Shown: in pieces, positions 59,842 through 64,000 of the stretch
Layout of the letters: each line of letters opens with the position of its first letter
Numbering within the stretch: the first letter of the stretch is position 1
Assembly: GCA_035084275.1 (NCBI GenBank)
Contig: CM068748.1
Coordinates: 3,596,001-3,660,000, forward strand
Direction of reading: 5' to 3'
Length of the DNA stretch: 64,000 nt
From: Hydrolagus colliei
Taxonomy: Eukaryota
Notes under the pieces: generated by a model
Database searches by the model: none
The model's input: the letters and a program-made list of their open reading frames with translations, nothing else
What the model was told of the DNA's origin: nothing
Made by a program: the position numbers and the translations under genes

Positions 59842-60682
59842 CAGGGCTGCTCCAACATTTTGGCTGCTAAGGCTGAATGCCAAGTTAGAAACACAGGATT
59901 TTAACAAGGTTTTAAGCACAGGATTTCTGAATTTTTGGGGGTTCTGAATTTTTTTGTGTAACTATTACTTAATTTCACTATTTTGCGAAGAAAGCAAACT
60001 AGGCGCTGGCAACATCAGCATTTAAGGCTGCACTCTCCACCTGTTGAAGCCAGTCAGGAATCTGGGCATCTTATTCGACCCCAAACTGTCCTTCCTCCCC
60101 CAAATCGGTGCCATGACTCGTACAGCCTTCCACCACCTCCGCAACATTGCCAGACTCCGCCATTACCTCAACCCCATGCTGCCGAAACATGTTCATGACT
60201 TTGCCCCTGCCTATCTCTTCGATCTGCTTGTCTCCCTATCAGCCTGCCCGTCCCCTCCGTTCAGCAGGCTCTGGCCTACTCTACTCCACATCCTCCGCCC
60301 AAACCGCCCTAACATTGGTGGCCGGGCTTTCAATCTCTGCCCCCATGCTCTGGAACTCCATCCTGTAGTAACTTTGCCTCGCTTCCTCCCTCTCCTCCTT
60401 CTAGGCCAGTCTCAAGAGCTTCCTATTCGACCGCGTGCCTTCTGCTCTCCAAACTCTCCCAGCTCTCCTACTTTTCTTCCCCCCCACCCCCCAATCCCCT
60501 CCCCCCCCCCAACCCCTCCCCCCCCCACCACTCGAGTCCCGACCTAACTAGTTCAGTGCCTTGGGACTCCAGATACATAGAGCGTTTGTGATCGCGTGCC
60601 AAACAACATCACCCCCTTGGCTGGATAATAATAATCCTTGCATTATGGATGTGGCCTGTAGTCTGCTAGTTGGACCACCTAG
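59842..60682. mobile_element. Degenerate hAT-type MITE holding an L2 fragment (+, ~60015-60570) and sitting inside a Deu-type SINE (-)
   Basis: Ends CAGGGCTGCTCCAAC and GTTGGACCACCTAG; flanks ATCTAGAC / GCTTAGAC; L2 ORF2 remnant VRNLGILFDPKLSF...AFHHLRNIARLR...IGGRAF in ORF 60044..60547. Confidence 0.65.
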
Positions 60683-60926
60683 GCTTAGACTGAATTCTGA
60701 ATCCTGATGTGGGTCTTAAACCAAGAATCACTTGAATGACACATGAGAGATGCTTGTTTTCTGAACCTGGCTGAGGCCTGAGTAACATATTTTTTCCTCC
60801 GTCTAGCTGCTTGTGCATGAGCATGTAAAATTCAGGTTTCAGTGGATTTGTGATCGAGTAATCAATTTTATCTATTAATGCGTTTGTTTAATGACATATT
60901 ACTCAGATTTGTACTTTTTCCTTCAG

Positions 60927-61035
60927 ATTGTATGAAGACAAGGGAGAAGCTGATTTTATGGATTCCTTGAGGCAGCTGTTCAGGTCAATCAACGAGATGA
61001 TGAGCGGCACTTCAGATCAGAATGTAATAGTTAAG
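60927..61035 (+). CDS. DOCK1: DOCK1 exon 23: LYEDKGEADFMDSLRQLFRSINEMMSGTSDQNVIVK
   Basis: ttttccttcag acceptor, 109 nt, donor gtgcgt. Confidence 0.95.
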
Positions 61036-62661
61036 GTGCGTTTTGCTTGCAGAAATATGAAAGCAATCCTAGCCTTTTATTGAAACTAGGTTGAATATTG
61101 ATGTGAAATGATTCATATACAAATTTGAGCAGTTTCTCTTAAAATGCATGAAAATGTAAAATAATTAAAGAAACAATATAAAACCATAGAATGTTAGCTA
61201 TGCAAAATGTTGCTCTTGGTTTCAATATATTTGTGTGGGTTTCAAAAAAAAGCAATGTGTTTTTTTGTATAAAGTGGAGGTTAAGTGGTGTGCATCACAG
61301 CTGAAGTGAAATGTTGCTTGATAGCAACACAGCTAGATATGTATTCAAACCCAGTCTTGATTTGCTGCATTGAACTAACTTGCAGCATACTAAATTATCA
61401 GATCTCTATTTCCTGATCTAAACTATTCATACAGATGTAGATATATATTTTAAGCTCTCTTGTGTGCCAGGAAATATGGTACAAAGGTCGTCAATTTGCC
61501 TCAGAGAAGCATTTGAATAATAAATAGTTTGCAAATGCAAATTTACTTCGGATTTTTAATGTTGCTTATATAATTCAGAATTGTTATACATTTTGGGTCT
61601 TATTTTCGTTCAAAAAGGTAAGATCTCGTTCCAAAATGGTAAAAGCATAACACTGCAACAGGAGCAAAATGAAACTGAATTGATTCACTGCCACTGGAAA
61701 GTCTCTCAGTTCATTTGGAATACCACAGTGATGGTGGTGTCAAGAGCTGAAGTTTAAGAGGATTGTTGCTGCAATCTCCTTCCCTTATCTCTTATCCTGT
61801 TGAAAGAACCTTTCTTCACAGGATGGGCCATCAATCGAGAAGCGGTTTGATTTAGGAACTGTGGATCCAATCATTCAGCCTCTGGCAGTTTAGCAGACCT
61901 TAGCTTTCAGAAGTTTACTCATCTGTGTGTCTTCGAATAAGGTTATTGGATTAACATGACCAGACGAACCACATATTAACCAGGAAGTATGTGATGCCAT
62001 CTGCTCTGCTTTCATTCTCGTGTAAATGTAGCACAAATGCAATCTAATACAGTATTTAGATTGTTTATGGACGATAGGTTTCAGATGCATTCATACCCAG
62101 ATTGTTATTTGCTACAATTGATAAAGGTCTAGAAGGCATTTATTTAAAAGGACAACAAATTAGAAGTTACAATATAATTTTAAAAGAAACCAATATGCAT
62201 TCTACATAAGAGCAGAGAGATGAATGATGCCAATATTCTTCACAATTTATATATTTTTCCCATCCGCTACACAAAGCACTTCAGATGAGAGGGTGACTTA
62301 CTCCCGAATGGTTTGCTAGTGGTGTGACTGAAGTGGCCATTAGAGTGTGCACTGCACTTGACTTGATTTTAGAAATGCAATTCTGGATTGTGGGAGTTTT
62401 TTTTTAATGGGAAGTTGTTTTATTCCTCCATTGCCCAAGCCCAAATAATATCAAGAGCTCACTATGGAGAATCACAAGATAAAACTGCACCTTTCCACTA
62501 GATTGGTAAAGTAGGTTGCACAGATTTGTCTCAAGTTGTCTGACGTGAAGTTTGTTTTTTTAAAAAACAAATATGAATCTGACTAAATGATTTGGCGCTA
62601 TTTTAATGCATAATGGACAAATGCATACAAAAACTGGCATTTGCATTACATTAAAAACAAA

Positions 62662-62770
62662 GGTTATCCTGTAGCTCAGTGGTTAGAGCACTCGCCTTTA
62701 TAAGCGAGAGACCTGGGTTCGATTTCAGGCTAAACGAAACGCTGGACAAGATTCCTTACTCCGCACACTT
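62662..62770 (+). mobile_element. SINE tRNA-derived head with intact Pol III A and B boxes (body and tail missing)
   Basis: TAGCTCAGTGGTTAGAGC (A box), CTCGC..GCGAG anticodon-like stem, GGTTCGATTTC (B box). Confidence 0.85.
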
Positions 62771-62892
62771 AATTTTGTGTTTGTATGTGGCAAATCACTC
62801 TTATCTGCTTTCATTGGTATAGTAGCCATTTTGTTTTCTTGTTAATGATCACTTAAGGAATACATACTTTGTGTGGTTATCATTTAATTTAT

Positions 62893-63485
62893 ATAATCCT
62901 TGTATTTGATGTAGCACTTTTCACGTCTTCTAGACGTCTCAAAGCGCTTCACAGAATATACTGTAAAGTGAATTGACTGTATATTTGTGGGTGAAATAAC
63001 TTTTCTGGAGGTATACTTGTCAAGACACTTCAAGAGATATAATAATAATCCTTGCATTTGAAATATCGCCTTATCATGATATTAAGGTGTCTCAAAGCGA
63101 ATCACAGGCAAAATGAAGCAGCCAATTGTGCACAGTAATGTCCCACAAACAGTTTTGGATTTCGGGACCAAATTATTATTATTTCTTTTTTGGAAGTATT
63201 TATTACCCCATGAAATCAATCCGCCAATCAACAAATAATCAGGTTCCTACCTATTGCTAAGGAAATAGATGCATGTAGATTAAGGAAACTTGCCTAAGAG
63301 TTTGCAGTACCCCAGAGTTTTCTTTGTTTGCCAAAGAATAGTAATAATCCTTGCATTTGATATGCCTTATTACATCTTGAAGATCTCTCAAAGAGTTTCA
63401 CAGAATATACTCCAAATTGAATTGGCTGTATATTGTGGCCGAAATGCGGCAGCCAATTGTGCACAGCAGTATCCTACAAATATTG
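62893..63485 (-). mobile_element. Three tandem minus-strand SINE 3' fragments (~62893-62997, ~63040-63200, ~63342-63485)
   Basis: Each starts ATAATCCTTG(C/T)ATTTGA and contains TCTCAAAG; two carry GCAGCCAATTGTGCACAG. Confidence 0.85.
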
Positions 63486-64000
63486 AGTGGCTTCAAATTA
63501 TTGCAGAAGCCAGCTGTCCCATAAATTACTGGCTTGTTTCAATACCTGAGTGTTATATTTTTTGCTGACTGTTGCTTGGAAGCTGTTCTTTGTCACTGTT
63601 TGGTTGTTGCCTTGTGAGTGTGCTATCAGTAAGTGCAATCCTTGAATTGGTTATTGTGAAGTGCATGAGAATGACCAAGGATATGCCCTTAATTTCCGTG
63701 TTTGGACAGGCTCCTGATCTTTGCTTCTATTGCTTTGCCAGTTGCCACCTCAGCATGCCTAAGTTTGGGAGATCTCTGTGCTTAGAAGTGAATTGTACAC
63801 AGAATCTCAAACTGTCCCTGGAAGGCACAGTGTATTGAACATCAACATGTGTCATCACTGCAGTGCTCTTGTTAACCTGATTCTGTAGTTAAATACATTG
63901 AGCAGACTTATCCTGTGTTGCTGGCTTCTTCATCTTTGATTGTTGGAGTCTGAAACTGTAAATCAGTAACTCCTTGGGACATAAAAGCTTTTTATTTTAC

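Larger units (their letters stand above)
7724..61035 (+). other. DOCK1: DOCK1 gene span visible in the window (exons 2-23; gene continues beyond both window ends)
   Basis: 22 exons with AG/GT (one GC) boundaries and consistent phases. The joined translation matches recalled human DOCK1 from YNYD...[14 protein letters not shown] to LYEDKGEADF...VK. DOCK1-type motifs include SQKQNIDINRQAKFAATPS and [13 protein letters not shown]. Confidence 0.97.

Noticed and set aside
62662-62735. tRNA gene
   Set aside because: No acceptor stem, an 8-nt anticodon loop and continuation into SINE body sequence; it is a SINE head.
1-64000. CRISPR array, operon or other prokaryotic or viral system
   Set aside because: Sequence is spliceosomal-intron-rich vertebrate DNA; the recurring motifs are dispersed SINE/LINE copies, not regularly spaced repeats, and there is no long ORF.

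Overview
Vertebrate genomic DNA, AT-rich. The repeat landscape (tRNA/Deu-type SINEs, L2 and CR1 LINE tails, Penelope remnant) points to a cartilaginous fish, plausibly a chimaera such as Callorhinchus (inference). The whole window lies inside one + strand gene, DOCK1 (DOCK180, Rac GEF). I traced 22 consecutive coding exons (equivalent to human exons 2-23) from 7724 to 61035. They have matching splice phases and join into an open frame of 2399 nt (about 800 codons with the base supplied by exon 1), covering the SH3 domain, helical region, DHR-1/C2 domain and the start of the ARM region. Exon 1 and the DHR-2 exons are outside the window. Almost all ORF-track entries are spurious, repeat-derived or exon read-throughs. 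I found no new multi-gene system. The best second-look items are a GC-AG intron after exon 2, an in-frame 63-nt alternative acceptor in exon 12, a minimal hammerhead ribozyme motif in a Penelope remnant, a ~250-nt G.U-biased fold-back carrying a CTCF motif, LF-SINE-like and AmnSINE2-like ancient elements, several nested TE insertions and repeated template-switch palindromes. Repeat family names come from recalled consensus sequences and need database confirmation.
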